Source: an uncultured Planctomycetia bacterium (lineage in GTDB: Bacteria; Omnitrophota; Gorgyraeia; 2-02-FULL-51-18). From it: a DNA stretch of 64,000 nucleotides. The stretch is taken from assembly GCA_964431835.1 (NCBI GenBank), contig CAYSKO010000001.1:42131-106130 (forward strand), read 5' to 3'. The translations under genes and the position numbers were made by a program. The notes beneath the pieces are model-generated. The model did not search any database and was not told where the DNA came from. It saw only the letters and a program-made list of their open reading frames with translations. How positions within the stretch are numbered: position 1 is the first letter of the stretch; the number at the start of each line of letters is the position of its first letter. Below, one piece after another: positions 46,422-57,890 of this stretch.

Positions 46422-49400
46422 GTGAGTGAGTCAAAAGGTCCTCCAGACCAGATTTCCAACGGAATCCGAAAATCTCCTCTCCCACCGAAAGTTCTTACGC
46501 GTGCGCCCAATACCCCGGTTGTCTCAGACGACGAAACGCTCATCAGGCCTTTTTCGATCGTAGCGATCGGCGCGTCCGCGGGGGGCATTGAAGCCGTTCA
46601 AGGCCTGCTGAAAAAGCTTCCCCCGGACACGGGCATGGCTTACGTTCTGATTCAGCATCTCGATCCCCATTACGAGAGTAAGCTGACGGCCATTCACTCG
46701 AAGATGACCCGCATGCGTGTTTTGGAAGCGGAAGACCGGATGCGCGTGGAGCCCAATCACTTGTACGTCATCCCGCCGAATACGTGCATGTGCATCAAGG
46801 GCGGGATCCTGAATCTTGAGCCGCGCCCCGAAGGCCAGCATCTTAATCTGCCTATCGACCTCTTCTTCACGTCGCTCGCCCACGATTGGGGGAGCCAATC
46901 CATCGCCGTCGTACTCTCGGGCACCGCATCGGACGGCTCGCGAGGAATCATGGCCGTCAAAGATGTGGGCGGCATCACCTTTGCGCAGGACGAATCGGCG
47001 CAATACGACTCGATGCCCAAGAACGCGGTGCTGACGGAGTGCGTGGATTTCGTTCTTTCGTTACCGGCCATCGCCCAAAAATTGAGCGAGATCGCCCCGC
47101 ATCCTTACGTCACCCCTTCGAAAAGCGCCGTGGACAACCTTTTGTTGGAAGAGGAGTCTTTTAAGAAGATCTCGGCGATTCTTTTCAAAACCTCGGGAGT
47201 CAATTTCAGTCTGTATAAACAGGGGACCGTTCAACGTCGGATAATGAGACGCATGGCCTTGAGCAAAGTCCAGACACTCCGCGAGTATCTAGCGATCCTG
47301 GAAAACGACGCCAAAGAGCTCGAGAAACTCCGCCAGGATATTCTGATCCACGTCACCCGTTTTTTCAGGGACGCCGAAATGTTCGAGGCCTTGAAAAAGG
47401 AAATATTTCCCGCCCTCACCAAAAACAAGTTCACTAACGAGCATCCGCTTCGCATGTGGGTGGCCGGATGCTCCACGGGAGAAGAAGTCTACTCCATTGC
47501 GATCAGCCTGCTCGAATTCCTGGGGGGAGAGGCCAATAGCGTTCCCTTTCATATTTTTGGTACGGATCTGAACGAGAGCTGCGTCTATACGGCGCGGAGA
47601 GGTGTTTATTCTCCACTCATCACGGCGGATGTCTCCGAAGAGCGCCTGCGCCGTTTCTTCTTGAAAACGACCGAAGGCAAATATCAGATCATCAAGTCCA
47701 TCCGGGAGCAATGCGTCTTTTCCGTCCACAACGTCGCGGCGGATCCGCCTTTTTCGAGAATGGACCTCATTAGCTGCCGCAATCTCCTGATCTATTTGGG
47801 CCCCGAGCTGCAACAGAAAGTTTTCCCCCTTTTTCATTACGCGTTGAATCCGGGCGGCTTCCTCGTGCTGGGCCAGTCTGAATCCGTCGTCGCCCACGAC
47901 GATCTTTTCGCCGTTATCAATAAATCAGCCAAGCTCTTCACGAAAAAGCCCGCGAATACCCCGCAGGTTTCTTTGGCTCTTCAGAGCTCGCTTTCCGGGA
48001 GAGAGCCTCTCAAGATTCCAACGACGATCTCGAACAGATCCGAGTCGCGCACCAACGCGGAGGTCTTAAAGGAAGCAGATCACCTCATTCTCTCCAAATA
48101 CGATCACGCCGGGGTCGTCGTAAATGCGAACATGGAAATCCTTCAATTTCGAGGGGATACGTCGTCTTACTTACGAAACACGCCCGGAACCCCGAGCTTC
48201 AATCTGTTGAAAATGGTCCGAGAGGGCCTGGCCGCGGAGCTGCGGCTCGCCATCGATAAAGCAAAACAGGATAAACGTCCTTTCAAAAAAACGGGCCTTC
48301 GGATGAAATACAAGACGGAATTCAAATCCGTATTCATCGAAGTGAATCCTCTGAATACTTCACCGACCGATGAGGTGCATTTTTTAATTCTCTTCGGAGA
48401 GGACGAGCCTCTCCAGGCCTCGAAAACCAATCCCGAGGCGGCTCCCCCAAAAAAAGGTGATCGGCCGACCCCTTCCCGGCTCGACGGGCTGGAAGGGGAG
48501 CGCGATTCGATAAAAGAGGAGCTCTCCTCGACGAAAATTTTCATGCAGTCCATCATCGAAGAGCGCGAAGGGGCGAACGAAGAGCTGCAAACCGCCAACG
48601 AAGAGATTCTTTCCTCGAATGAAGAGCTACAGAGCCTGAACGAGGAGCTCTACAGCTCCAACGAGGAGCTTCAGACCGCCAAAGAAGAGCTTCAGGCTTC
48701 GAACGAGGAAACCACCACCATCAATGACGAGCTGCAGCATCGAAACGAACTGCTCGTGCAGCTGAGCGACGACCTGGAAAACGTGCTCACGAGCATTTCG
48801 TTGCCCGTCGTGATCGTCGGGGGGAGACCTACGCGTCCGGCGCTTCACGCCCAAAGCCGAAAAAATATTCCGCCTTCTTCCCGCCGACATCGGCCGGTTG
48901 ATCACGGACATCAAGCTACAGCTACACATTTCCCCTCTCGAAACCCTCGTTCTGGACGTCATCAAAAGCCTCTCGTCCAAAGAAATGGAAGTTCAAGACA
49001 ACGAGGGTTCCTGGCACGTTCTCCAAATACGCCCCTACCGCACGAGCGATAATAAGATCGACGGGGCGGTCATCACGCTGACCGACATCAACGCCTTGAA
49101 AAAGAACGAAAAAGTACTCAAAGCCTTCGCCGATTTCAAAGGCGCCATCATCGAGACGATGCGGGAGCCGCTTCTGATCCTGGACCGCGAGTTCCGCGTC
49201 ATAATCGCCAATAAAAGCTTTTACGAGACGTTTCGGGTTTCCCGGGAAAAGACCGAGGGCCAATCGCTCTTCAGCCTCGGAGACGGGCAGTGGGACATTC
49301 CGACCATCCGGAAGCTCCTTGAGACGGTCCTTCCGATGAAAACGGCATTCGACGATTACGAGGTCACCAAGGATTTCCCGGGCATCGGGCGCAAGGTCAT

Positions 49401-50223
49401 GACGATCAGCGCGCGTACGGTCCAGGGGCAGGAGAGGGAAGAGGGGATGATCCTCCTCGTCATTTCGGACATCACCTTCCGTAAAGGCACCGAAGTAGCG
49501 CTGAGAGAAAGCAGAATAAAGCTCGAGGCTTCCAACGCCGATCTCGAGCAATTCTCCCACGTCGCTTCCCACGACCTCCAGGAGCCCCTTCGAAAGATAG
49601 TCGCCTTCGCGGAACGCTTGAAAGAGCAGGCCAAGGGGGAGGCCGGCGAATACTGCGAGAAAATTTACAAGTCGGGAATCATGATGCAGCGCGTCATCGA
49701 GGACCTTCTTCACTTCTCCAGGATCGGTTTCCAGGAAGAGACCCGTGAAGCAACCGATCTCAGCCGGATCGTGGACGACGTGGTTTCGGACTTAGAGCTT
49801 AAGATAGCGGAAACCAGAACGAAAATTGACGTGAAGAAACTGCCGGTTATTCAAGCCAACAAGTCGTTGATGCGCCATTTGTTTCAAAATATCATCTCCA
49901 ATTCGATCAAATACTGCAAAAAGGACGAGGCGCCGCGGCTGAGCATAGAAGGCGCGGTGCAGGGAGACACGGCCGAGATCCGTTTCAGCGACAACGGCAT
50001 CGGTTTCGACGAGACGCATCTCGATAAAATATTCAAACCCTTCCAGCGCCTGCACAGCAAGCACGATTACGAGGGAACGGGACTCGGTTTGGCCATCTGC
50101 CAGAAAATCGCTCATCAGCACGGCGGCACGATCTCCGCGAAAAGCGAGCATGGCAAGGGCTCTACTTTTATCGTGACCCTGCCGGTGAGCGGCAAACCCG
50201 GAAAAAACCAGCCGCTCGTTTAG
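46422..50223 (+). pseudogene. CheB-methylesterase / CheR-methyltransferase / coiled-coil / PAS / HisKA / HATPase_c hybrid signalling kinase, with a +1 frameshift in a G6 tract
   Basis: Frame A (46422-49052) carries CheB ('IVAIGASAGGIEA...VLSGTASDGSRG'), CheR ('LRMWVAGCSTGEEVYSIAISLLEF') and coiled-coil EELQ repeats. Frame B (48898-50223) carries PAS, the H-box 'FSHVASHDLQEPLRKIVAF' and 'GTGLGLAICQKIA'. Backward translation of frame B gives 'GGDLRVRRFTPKAEKIFRLLPADIGRLITDIK', which is homologous to the 34935 gene. Removing one G from 'gtcGGGGGGag' (48819-48824) fuses the two frames. Confidence 0.7.
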
Positions 50224-50358
50224 TTTTTTTCTCGGCCTCCTGGGATAAAGTTAGATGAAATTTTCCGGCCGTAATGATATAATAACGGCGCGTTAAAGAG
50301 TTCCTCCCCGAAAGAGTCCTCCTCCGTTTCAAAACTGTCTTACTTTTGGAGTGCCTAC

Positions 50359-51651
50359 ATGGCCCAAAGCACGTCCGTTTCTGCGCCCAAGAAGGAAAAA
50401 GAACTTTCGATAGAGACGCTGCGCGGTCTCGCGATCCTTCTCGTCGTGGCGGGGTACATCGTTCAGGACGACCTCGCTCGCGCGGCAGACCCCTCCGCAT
50501 TTTCTTCTTCGCTCAAATTCATTTATTATCTGTTTACGCCGATCCGCATGCCCCTTTTTACGGTCATCTCGGCTTACTTGTACGCCTCGTTCCCGGCGAC
50601 ACGCGCCACGTTTAAAAAACTGATCTCCGGAAAGGCGCGGAGAATCCTGATTCCTTTCGCGGTGATATCCGCCGTCCAATACGCCGTATTCAGCTTCGTT
50701 CCGGTCGACGGCCCGCAGCTTTCGCGGGAAATTTACAAAGTCTACATACTGCCCTACGAGCAGCTTTGGTTTCTTTACTCGATCTTCTGGATATTCGTTC
50801 TCGTGGGGGCCATGGATGCCGCGCGTCTCATGGAGACGCCGAAAAAATGGCTCGCGTGGCTTGTCGCGGCGCTCGTGATCCACGAGACGGTCCACATGAC
50901 GAGGCTGTTCTCGATTACGGGCGTGAATTATCTTTTTCCGTTCTTTTTGATGGGGTATGGGATCAAGCGCTTTCAAAAGCAGCTTTTTTCGAGCGGGATG
51001 ATTCGCGCGTATTTCTTTGTAGCGTTCGCGGCGTACGCGGTGCACGTGGTGCGTTATATCGACCCGGCGCTCACGTTGGCGCTCCCTGCGTTCGCCCACC
51101 GTCTCGTGGTGCTGGCGATCACCTTTTCGGCTGTCCCGCTCATTTTCCATTACCGCAAGAGCGTCCCTTTTTTAGCGAAGATCGGGAGCTACGCTTTCGG
51201 TATCTATCTTTTCAATAAAATCGGCTTGGTGCCGATCAAGGTCCTTTTCACGAACCTGGGAATCCGGAACGACGTCGCGGTATTTTCCGTGTACCTGCTG
51301 GGGAGCGTTTCGGCCGCTATCGGCATTCAGCTCGTTTTGGAGCGTTACGCGTTCACCCGAATGTACGTTCTCGGACTGAAAGAGCCTGCCGCCGCGTCCT
51401 CATCGGCAAAAAACCCCGCACGATGGTCCGCGCTCTCTTTTCCGAATCCGGCGACGCTGGGTCTCGTTTTTGCCGGCGTCCTGGTATCGGCGGTCGCTTT
51501 ATTCGCGGGCGGCGGCGCGAGCGGTTTGGCGAGCCGTACTTCCGACATGATTTGCAAAGCGACGGGAGCGTACGGACCCATGAAAAGCGGGTGCGCTTGT
51601 AGGGTTCCCTGCCGCCATTGCAGAGGGACCCTTCCTCCGCGCACGGCATAA
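50359..51651 (+). CDS. Acyltransferase family 3 (OpgC/OafA-like) integral membrane protein
   Basis: The N-terminal motif is 'IETLRGLAILLVVAGYIV'. There are about 10 TM segments. Its size fits acyltransferase_3. The C-terminal about 60 aa are poorly conserved. Confidence 0.6.
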   Translation: MAQSTSVSAPKKEKELSIETLRGLAILLVVAGYIVQDDLARAADPSAFSSSLKFIYYLFTPIRMPLFTVISAYLYASFPATRATFKKLISGKARRILIPFAVISAVQYAVFSFVPVDGPQLSREIYKVYILPYEQLWFLYSIFWIFVLVGAMDAARLMETPKKWLAWLVAALVIHETVHMTRLFSITGVNYLFPFFLMGYGIKRFQKQLFSSGMIRAYFFVAFAAYAVHVVRYIDPALTLALPAFAHRLVVLAITFSAVPLIFHYRKSVPFLAKIGSYAFGIYLFNKIGLVPIKVLFTNLGIRNDVAVFSVYLLGSVSAAIGIQLVLERYAFTRMYVLGLKEPAAASSSAKNPARWSALSFPNPATLGLVFAGVLVSAVALFAGGGASGLASRTSDMICKATGAYGPMKSGCACRVPCRHCRGTLPPRTA

Positions 51652-51687
51652 AAAATAGGAAAGCCATCGGAATGGTACTATAGTTCC

Positions 51688-53061
51688 ATGGCCCTGACGA
51701 AAAAACCCCTTCCTGCGCCCGGTGGCGTGCGCGAGATGATCGCGATCGCGCTTCCGATGATCGTCTCCTACGGCTGCGACACGGTCATGATGTTCTGCGA
51801 CCGCCTCCTTCTCTCCAAGCTCGGCCCCGACATGATGAACGCCGCCGTTGGCGGGGGAATCGCCGCGTTCATGATGGCGAGCTTCGGGTTCGGCCTCTTC
51901 GGCTACGGCACGGCGCTCGTCGCGCAGTATTTCGGAGCGGGCGAGAAAAGCCTCTGCCCGCGCGTGACCACGCAAAGCTTGATCGCCGCACTTCTTTTAT
52001 ACCCCCTCGTTCTCGCGTGCCGCCCGTTCGTGCACGTTCTTTTCCGTAAGCTCGGCGTTCCGGAATCGCAGCTGGAAGCGCAGATCGTCTTTTTCGACGT
52101 GATGACCTACGGCAGCCTCCTCGTTTTCATCCGGCAGTCGTTCGCGGCCTTCTTCTCGGGGATCGGCCGCACGGGGATGGTCATGGCCGCTTCGCTCGCC
52201 GCGATGGCCGTGAACGTGGCCGTCAGTTTCGTCCTCATCTACGGAAAATTCGGAATGCCGGCGCTCGGGATCCGCGGCGCGGCGCTCGGCGCGGTCTCCG
52301 GAAGCTTCGCCGCGATCGTGATCCTCGCGGTGGTGTACTGGGGGAAGGAACTGCGCGCGGAATTCGACACCGCCCGCTCGTTTGTGTTCGACGCCGCGGT
52401 TTTCCGGAAGCTTCTGCGCTTTGGTTCGCCCTCGGGCGCCGAGATGCTTTTCACGCTCTTGGCCGCGAACGGGTTCGTGATCGCGTTCCAGTCGCTCGGC
52501 CCTGCGGTCGCGACCGCCTCGAGCATCCTCATGAACTGGGACATGACGGCTTACATTCCTCTCATGGGGATGGAGGTGGGCGTCACGAGCCTCGTCGGCC
52601 GTTACATGGGCGCGCGGCAGCCCGAAATCGCCCATCGAGCGACGATGTCGGGCTTGAAGGTGGGTTTCGTGTACGCGTTCGTACTTTTTCTCGTTTTCGG
52701 GTTGTGCGCGGGGCCGATGGTGGGCATGTTCCGCCCGCACGGGGAGAGCGCCGTCTTTGCCGAAGCGTACCCGCTCGCCGTCACGATGCTCCGCATGGTT
52801 TCGATCTACATGTTCAGCATCGTGCTCGTCATCGTCTTCGTGGGCGCGCTCCGCGGCGCGGGCGACACGCTATGGGCCATGACCTACCACATTTCGCTCC
52901 ACTGGCTCGCCGCCGCCACAATCTTCTTCGGCACGCGCTTCTTCGGCTTTTCCGCGCTTCAGGCGTGGTCCATCGTGATCGGGCTTTACATGACCTTCTC
53001 GGGGCTGGCCTGGCTGCGTTACCGGGAAGGGAAGTGGAAGACGATCCGCGTGATAGGATGA
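51688..53061 (+). CDS. MATE-family efflux transporter
   Basis: It is 457 aa with 12 TM segments and a two-fold repeat. The N-terminal 'EMIAIALPMIVSYGCDTVMMFCDRLLLSKLG' is typical of MATE/NorM. Confidence 0.7.
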   Translation: MALTKKPLPAPGGVREMIAIALPMIVSYGCDTVMMFCDRLLLSKLGPDMMNAAVGGGIAAFMMASFGFGLFGYGTALVAQYFGAGEKSLCPRVTTQSLIAALLLYPLVLACRPFVHVLFRKLGVPESQLEAQIVFFDVMTYGSLLVFIRQSFAAFFSGIGRTGMVMAASLAAMAVNVAVSFVLIYGKFGMPALGIRGAALGAVSGSFAAIVILAVVYWGKELRAEFDTARSFVFDAAVFRKLLRFGSPSGAEMLFTLLAANGFVIAFQSLGPAVATASSILMNWDMTAYIPLMGMEVGVTSLVGRYMGARQPEIAHRATMSGLKVGFVYAFVLFLVFGLCAGPMVGMFRPHGESAVFAEAYPLAVTMLRMVSIYMFSIVLVIVFVGALRGAGDTLWAMTYHISLHWLAAATIFFGTRFFGFSALQAWSIVIGLYMTFSGLAWLRYREGKWKTIRVIG

Positions 53062-53076
53062 AGGCATGAGGAACCC

Positions 53077-53919
53077 ATGAGTCTGAAAGGCGCCGAAGCG
53101 CGCCGTGAGAAAGAGGGGATGCCGGGCTGGAAGCGCCGGCTCCACGAAGTCATTTACGAGGCCGAGACGCCCGCCGGCCGCGCGTTCGATTTCTTCTCCT
53201 TCGGGCTTATTCTCGCGAGCGTACTCTGCGTGATGCTTGAAAGCGTGTCCGCGGTGCGCGAACGCTTCGGCGGCCCGCTCCGCGCGGCCGAATGGACGTT
53301 CACGATCATTTTCACCGTGGAGTACGCACTCCGACTCCTTGCCGTGAAGCACCCGGTTCGCTACGCCGGAAGTTTCTTCGGCGTGATCGATTTTCTCTCG
53401 ATCGTGCCGACGTACTTAAGCCTCGGTTTGGAGGGGGCCCAGTCCCTTCTCGTCGTACGAAGCCTGCGGCTTCTGCGCATCTTCCGGGTTCTCAAGATCG
53501 CGCGCCTGAGCGTGGAAGCGGAAACGCTCTGGTCCGCCGTGAAAGCGAGCCGGCACAAAATCACCGTGTTCGTGGGAGCCGTCTTCACGATCGCGATCAT
53601 CATGGGAACGCTCTTGTATGTCGTGGAGGGGGAGTCGAGCGGAGTGAACGACATCCCGACCGGGATCTACTGGGCGATCTCGACGGTTTCCACCGTGGGA
53701 TACGGGGACATCGTTCCGCGGACCGGCCTTGGGAAATTCATCACGACGATCGCCATGATCATGGGCTACGGCCTCATCGCGGTGCCCACAGGCATCGTTT
53801 CCGTGGAGCTTGCGCACGCGGCGAAGCTTTCCACGAGCACGAATACGTGCCCCGCCTGCCAGAGCGTGGGCCACGACCTGGATGCCGTTTACTGCCGCTT
53901 CTGCGGAGGGAAACTTTGA
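53077..53919 (+). CDS. Voltage-gated-like K+ channel (S1-S6, TVGYGD filter) with a C-terminal zinc-ribbon
   Basis: The selectivity filter is 'STVSTVGYGDIVP'. The S4-like segment is 'LLVVRSLRLLRIFRVLKIARL'. The C-terminus is 'CPACQSVGHDLDAVYCRFCGG'. Confidence 0.75.
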   Translation: MSLKGAEARREKEGMPGWKRRLHEVIYEAETPAGRAFDFFSFGLILASVLCVMLESVSAVRERFGGPLRAAEWTFTIIFTVEYALRLLAVKHPVRYAGSFFGVIDFLSIVPTYLSLGLEGAQSLLVVRSLRLLRIFRVLKIARLSVEAETLWSAVKASRHKITVFVGAVFTIAIIMGTLLYVVEGESSGVNDIPTGIYWAISTVSTVGYGDIVPRTGLGKFITTIAMIMGYGLIAVPTGIVSVELAHAAKLSTSTNTCPACQSVGHDLDAVYCRFCGGKL

Positions 53920-53936
53920 TAATCCGGGGCCGCGGA

Positions 53937-54412
53937 TGAACCCCGAAGCCTCGTCTTCCGCGCTTTCGGTCATCTCGGCGATCGTCACGCCGGCGCTTCT
54001 CATTCTCGCCTGTAGCAACCTGATTACGGCCACTTCCAACCGTCTGAGTCGTCTTTTAGACCGCGTCCGCGAGCTCATGCAGGACGCCGAAGCTCTCCCC
54101 GGCGATACGGCGGAGTGCACGGAGAAGACCGAGCTTTTGCTCCTCCTGCTCCGAAAAACAGCCGTGCGCACGCTCCTTATTCAGCGGGCGCTGGCCGCGC
54201 TCTATGCGTGTCTCGGCTGCCTGATCCTCACGAGCGTGGTCATCGGCGTGGGCGCGGCGATCGGCCGCCAGGAACCGGCCCTCATCATGCTCGCGATTTT
54301 CGTCTCGGTCGCGTTTCTATTTTATGCGAGCGCGCTCCTCATCCGGGAGTCGCGGATCGCGCTCGCGGCGGTGAACGCGGAAATGGATTACGTGCGGAAG
54401 CTGATCGGGTAG
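53937..54412 (+). CDS. Small membrane protein, DUF2721-like
   Basis: It has two TM helices flanking 'ATSNRLSRLLDRVREL'. The ATG at 53937 lies just after the channel stop. Confidence 0.35.
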
Positions 54413-54432
54413 GGGAAAGCGGGGACGTTCTT

Positions 54433-54879
54433 TTAAGGCGTCTTTTCGTTTTCTGTGATGATCTTCGTGATGTCCGGCGTGTGCGTGTCGATCTTGCCTT
54501 GCCTCAATTCTTCCTTCGTTTTCTCCGCGAGTAGCCCGTACTTTTTCTGAATCCGCGCCAAATCCTCGTCGGTCCGCTTCTCGATATCCATCATCTCGTT
54601 GTGCGCGCCGTGCGTGGCGCGGATGATCTCGTCCAATTTGAGCTGAATCGCGACCGTGTGCCGGTTGTTGCTGTTCTGGATGATGAAGAGCATCGCGATG
54701 GTGATCACCGCCGCCGTGGTGTTGATGATGAGCTGCCACGTGTCGTTGAAATGAAGCGCCGGTCCCAGAAAGGCCCACCCGATGATGATGACGAACGCGA
54801 AAAAACAGGCGAGCGGATGAGCCGCTTTATTGGAGATCCACTTGGCGATGCCGGAGAAAAAAGCCTGTTTCATCACCAT
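54433..54879 (-). CDS. Low-affinity iron permease-family (PF04120-like) small membrane protein
   Basis: 'FNDTWQLIINTTAAVITIAMLFIIQNSNNRHTVAIQLKLDEI' matches the conserved core of that family. Confidence 0.5.
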   Translation of the reverse strand: MVMKQAFFSGIAKWISNKAAHPLACFFAFVIIIGWAFLGPALHFNDTWQLIINTTAAVITIAMLFIIQNSNNRHTVAIQLKLDEIIRATHGAHNEMMDIEKRTDEDLARIQKKYGLLAEKTKEELRQGKIDTHTPDITKIITENEKTP

Positions 54880-55063
54880 GGAGTGACGATTTTCTTCCAG
54901 AACTCTTCTTGTGTCGCGACTGAAAGGTCAGGCATGCGTTTATCCGTGATGAGTTGGCGAGCGTCCAAGGGAGCGGAAGCGCTATTTTAGCACGAGAAGC
55001 CCATTTTCCGGAAGCGGATCGGATGATTTTGACTTCGCCCACCCCGTAGCCTAGAATGTCCCC

Positions 55064-56179
55064 ATGCAGGCATCCGGGAACGGCACGAATCTTCTTTCCT
55101 CCTTCTCGCTAGGCCCCCTATTACTTAAAAACCGCATGGTCATGGCGCCGCTCACGCGCTGCCGCGCCGATGCCGTGACGCGCGTTCCCACGCCGATGAT
55201 GGCCACTTACTACGAACAGCGCGCCTCCGCCGGGCTCATCATTTCCGAAGCGACGGTCGTGACGGGAAAGGGCGTCGGGTATCCCGCGACGCCGGGCATT
55301 TACAGCCCCGAGCAGATTGCCGCGTGGAAAACGATCACGGACGCCGTGCACGCCCAAGGCGGCCGGATGTTCCTCCAGCTCTGGCACTGCGGCCGCGCCT
55401 CGCATTCGTCTTTCCTCGGCGGTGAGCTTCCGGTTTCCTCATCCGCCGTCCCGATTCCCGGCGAGCTCTACACCCCGACCGGTATGCAGCCCTACGAAAC
55501 CCCGCGCCCGCTCGAGGCGAACGAGATCCCTGGAATCGTCGCTCTTTACGCTGAAGGCGCGAAGAACGCAAAAGCCGCCGGCTTCGACGGCGTGGAAATT
55601 CACGGAGCCAACGGCTATTTAATCGACCAATTCCTGCGGGACGGAGTCAATAAGCGCACCGACGCCTACGGCGGCTCGATCGAAAACCGCGCCCGCTTCC
55701 TCTTCGAGGTCGTCGAGGCCGTGATCAAGGTATGGGGCAAAGACCGCGTCGGCCTGCGCCTCTCGCCCAGCACGTCGTTCAACGCCATGAGCGACTCCGA
55801 CCCCGCCAAGCTCTTCGCCTGGGTCGCCGAAAAACTGAGCACCTCCGGCCTCGCCTACCTCCACTGCACCGAAGGCGACGAAAGCGACCTCCGCCACGGC
55901 GGCCAGATCGTCGACCTCCTCCCGATCCGCAAAGCCTTCATAGGCACGCTCCTCGTCTGTGGCGGCTACGACCAGGCCAAAGGGGAAGCGGCCTTGAAGA
56001 ATGGCAGGGCCGATCTCGTGGTATTCGGAAAGCTCTTCATCGCGAACCCCGACTTGCCGGAGAGATTTAAGGACGGGAAGGCATTGAATGCTTGGGATGA
56101 GACCACCTTCTACTCCCCGGGGGAGAAGGGGTATGTTGACTATCCGACGCTCGGTCAGGCGCAAAACGTTCGGATTTAA
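55064..56179 (+). CDS. Old Yellow Enzyme-family NADH:flavin oxidoreductase (NemA-like)
   Basis: The motifs are 'LLKNRMVMAPLTRCRA', 'HAQGGRMFLQLWHCGR' and 'GFDGVEIHGANGYLIDQFL'. Confidence 0.8.
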   Translation: MQASGNGTNLLSSFSLGPLLLKNRMVMAPLTRCRADAVTRVPTPMMATYYEQRASAGLIISEATVVTGKGVGYPATPGIYSPEQIAAWKTITDAVHAQGGRMFLQLWHCGRASHSSFLGGELPVSSSAVPIPGELYTPTGMQPYETPRPLEANEIPGIVALYAEGAKNAKAAGFDGVEIHGANGYLIDQFLRDGVNKRTDAYGGSIENRARFLFEVVEAVIKVWGKDRVGLRLSPSTSFNAMSDSDPAKLFAWVAEKLSTSGLAYLHCTEGDESDLRHGGQIVDLLPIRKAFIGTLLVCGGYDQAKGEAALKNGRADLVVFGKLFIANPDLPERFKDGKALNAWDETTFYSPGEKGYVDYPTLGQAQNVRI

Positions 56180-56258
56180 CGTGTCCCCTTGGGACCTCGT
56201 CCGGGATGTGTCTTTTTATGGTCCGGTTCGGCAAATAATCTAAGAGGGAGAATATTGA

Positions 56259-57890
56259 ATGCAGTGGATCGCCCCATCAAAAAAAGATGAAGGCCAGGCA
56301 ACGCTTGAGAAGAAGTTGTGGGATGCGGCGGATCAGCTGAGGGCTAATTCAGGACTGACGGCGGCGCAGTATTCCCAGCCGGTGCTGGGGCTTATTTTTT
56401 TAAGATTCGCGGATAATCGGTTTCAAGCGTTAAAGAGTAAACTTGAAAAGTCATCTGCATCCTCTCGGCGCGGGTCTCTGGTCAATGATGCAGCGTCCTA
56501 TCATGCCGAAGGTATTCTTTTTCTTGCTCCCGAAGCCCGCTTTGAAGAGCTTCTCAATTGGCCAGAGGGCGGGAAGAAAGGCAAGACCATCGGCCAAGGC
56601 GTCAATGATGCCATGCGCGCAATCGAGCGCGATAATCCCCAGCTGGCGGGTGTGCTCCCCAAGACTTATCAAATATTTGACGCCCGTACGCTCAAAGAGC
56701 TGATCAAGCACATCTCCATTATTCCCACCAATCTCGAAGGCGATGCCTTCGGTAAAATCTACGAATACTTCCTTGCCGAATTTGCCATGACCGAAGGGCA
56801 GGGTGGCGGAGAGTTTTACACGCCCACTTCTATTGTTCGTCTGATGGTAGAAATCCTCGAGCCATTCCACGGCCTTGTGCTCGACCCGGCTTGCGGGTCG
56901 GGCGGTATGTTCGTGCAGAGCGCTCGTTTTGTGCAAGAGCACAATAAAAAGGCCGCGGATGAGCTGCGTATCCATGGCGTCGAAAAGACCGACGATACCG
57001 GCCGCCTCTGCCGTATGAACCTTGCCGTTCACGGCCTTGAGGGAAATATTGCGCACGGCGGACAGGTCAATAGTTACTACGACGATCCGCATGAGGCCAC
57101 CGGGAAGTTTGATTTTGTGCTCGCCAATCCGCCGTTTAATGTAAACGCCGTGGATAAAGACCGGTTGAAAGATTCTGTAGGCCCGGGCCGCCGCTATCCG
57201 TTTGGCCTACCCAATACCGATAACGGCAACTATCTTTGGATACAACTTTTTTACTCATCGCTCAATAAAAAAGGACGCGCGGCATTTGTCATGGCCAATT
57301 CGGCCGCGGACGCCCGCTCTTCCGAGCTCGAGCTTCGTAAAAAGCTTATTCAAGATCACTCGGCGGATGCCATCGTGGCTGTAGGGCCGAATATGTTTTA
57401 TACCGTGACGCTCCCCTGCACGCTCTGGTTTTTGGATCGAGGCAAGAGCAAAACGGATCGCTCGGATAAAGTCCTTTTTTTGGACGCAAGACATGTCTAT
57501 CGGCAGATCGACCGCGCGCATCGGGACTGGGCAGAGGAGCAGATCGGTTTTCTTGCGAATGTCGTGCGGCTTTATCGCGGTGAAGAGGTGGATGTCACCT
57601 TGGGTGGGGAAGAAGCCCGGAAGAAGCTCATCGAGGTCTTCGGCAAAAAATCAAAGTACAAAGATGTGCTGGGTTTATGCAAAGCCGCCACACTTAAAGA
57701 AATCGAAGCGCAGGGTTGGAGCTTGAATCCCGGGCGTTACGTCGGCGTTGCTCCCGGCGAAGAAACGAGCGATGAAGATTTTAAAGAAAAGCTGACGACG
57801 CTAAATAAAGAGCTAGAAACTCTCAACGCGCAAGCGCGCACCCTCGAAAAAACCATCGCTCGCAACGTGACGGAGATCCTGGAAGTATGA
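56259..57890 (+). CDS. hsdM: Type I restriction-modification DNA methyltransferase subunit M
   Basis: The HsdM N-terminal region is '[36 protein letters not shown]'. The AdoMet motif I is '[12 protein letters not shown]'. The catalytic motif IV is 'VLANPPFN'. Confidence 0.9.
   Translation: MQWIAPSKKDEGQATLEKKLWDAADQLRANSGLTAAQYSQPVLGLIFLRFADNRFQALKSKLEKSSASSRRGSLVNDAASYHAEGILFLAPEARFEELLNWPEGGKKGKTIGQGVNDAMRAIERDNPQLAGVLPKTYQIFDARTLKELIKHISIIPTNLEGDAFGKIYEYFLAEFAMTEGQGGGEFYTPTSIVRLMVEILEPFHGLVLDPACGSGGMFVQSARFVQEHNKKAADELRIHGVEKTDDTGRLCRMNLAVHGLEGNIAHGGQVNSYYDDPHEATGKFDFVLANPPFNVNAVDKDRLKDSVGPGRRYPFGLPNTDNGNYLWIQLFYSSLNKKGRAAFVMANSAADARSSELELRKKLIQDHSADAIVAVGPNMFYTVTLPCTLWFLDRGKSKTDRSDKVLFLDARHVYRQIDRAHRDWAEEQIGFLANVVRLYRGEEVDVTLGGEEARKKLIEVFGKKSKYKDVLGLCKAATLKEIEAQGWSLNPGRYVGVAPGEETSDEDFKEKLTTLNKELETLNAQARTLEKTIARNVTEILEV

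Noticed and set aside
50329-54171. Minus-strand ORFs 50329-51150, 51997-52740, 53416-54171
   Set aside because: They are antisense to the acyltransferase, MATE and K+ channel genes, each of which has strong family-specific motifs and TM periodicity. The antisense products are Arg/His-rich.
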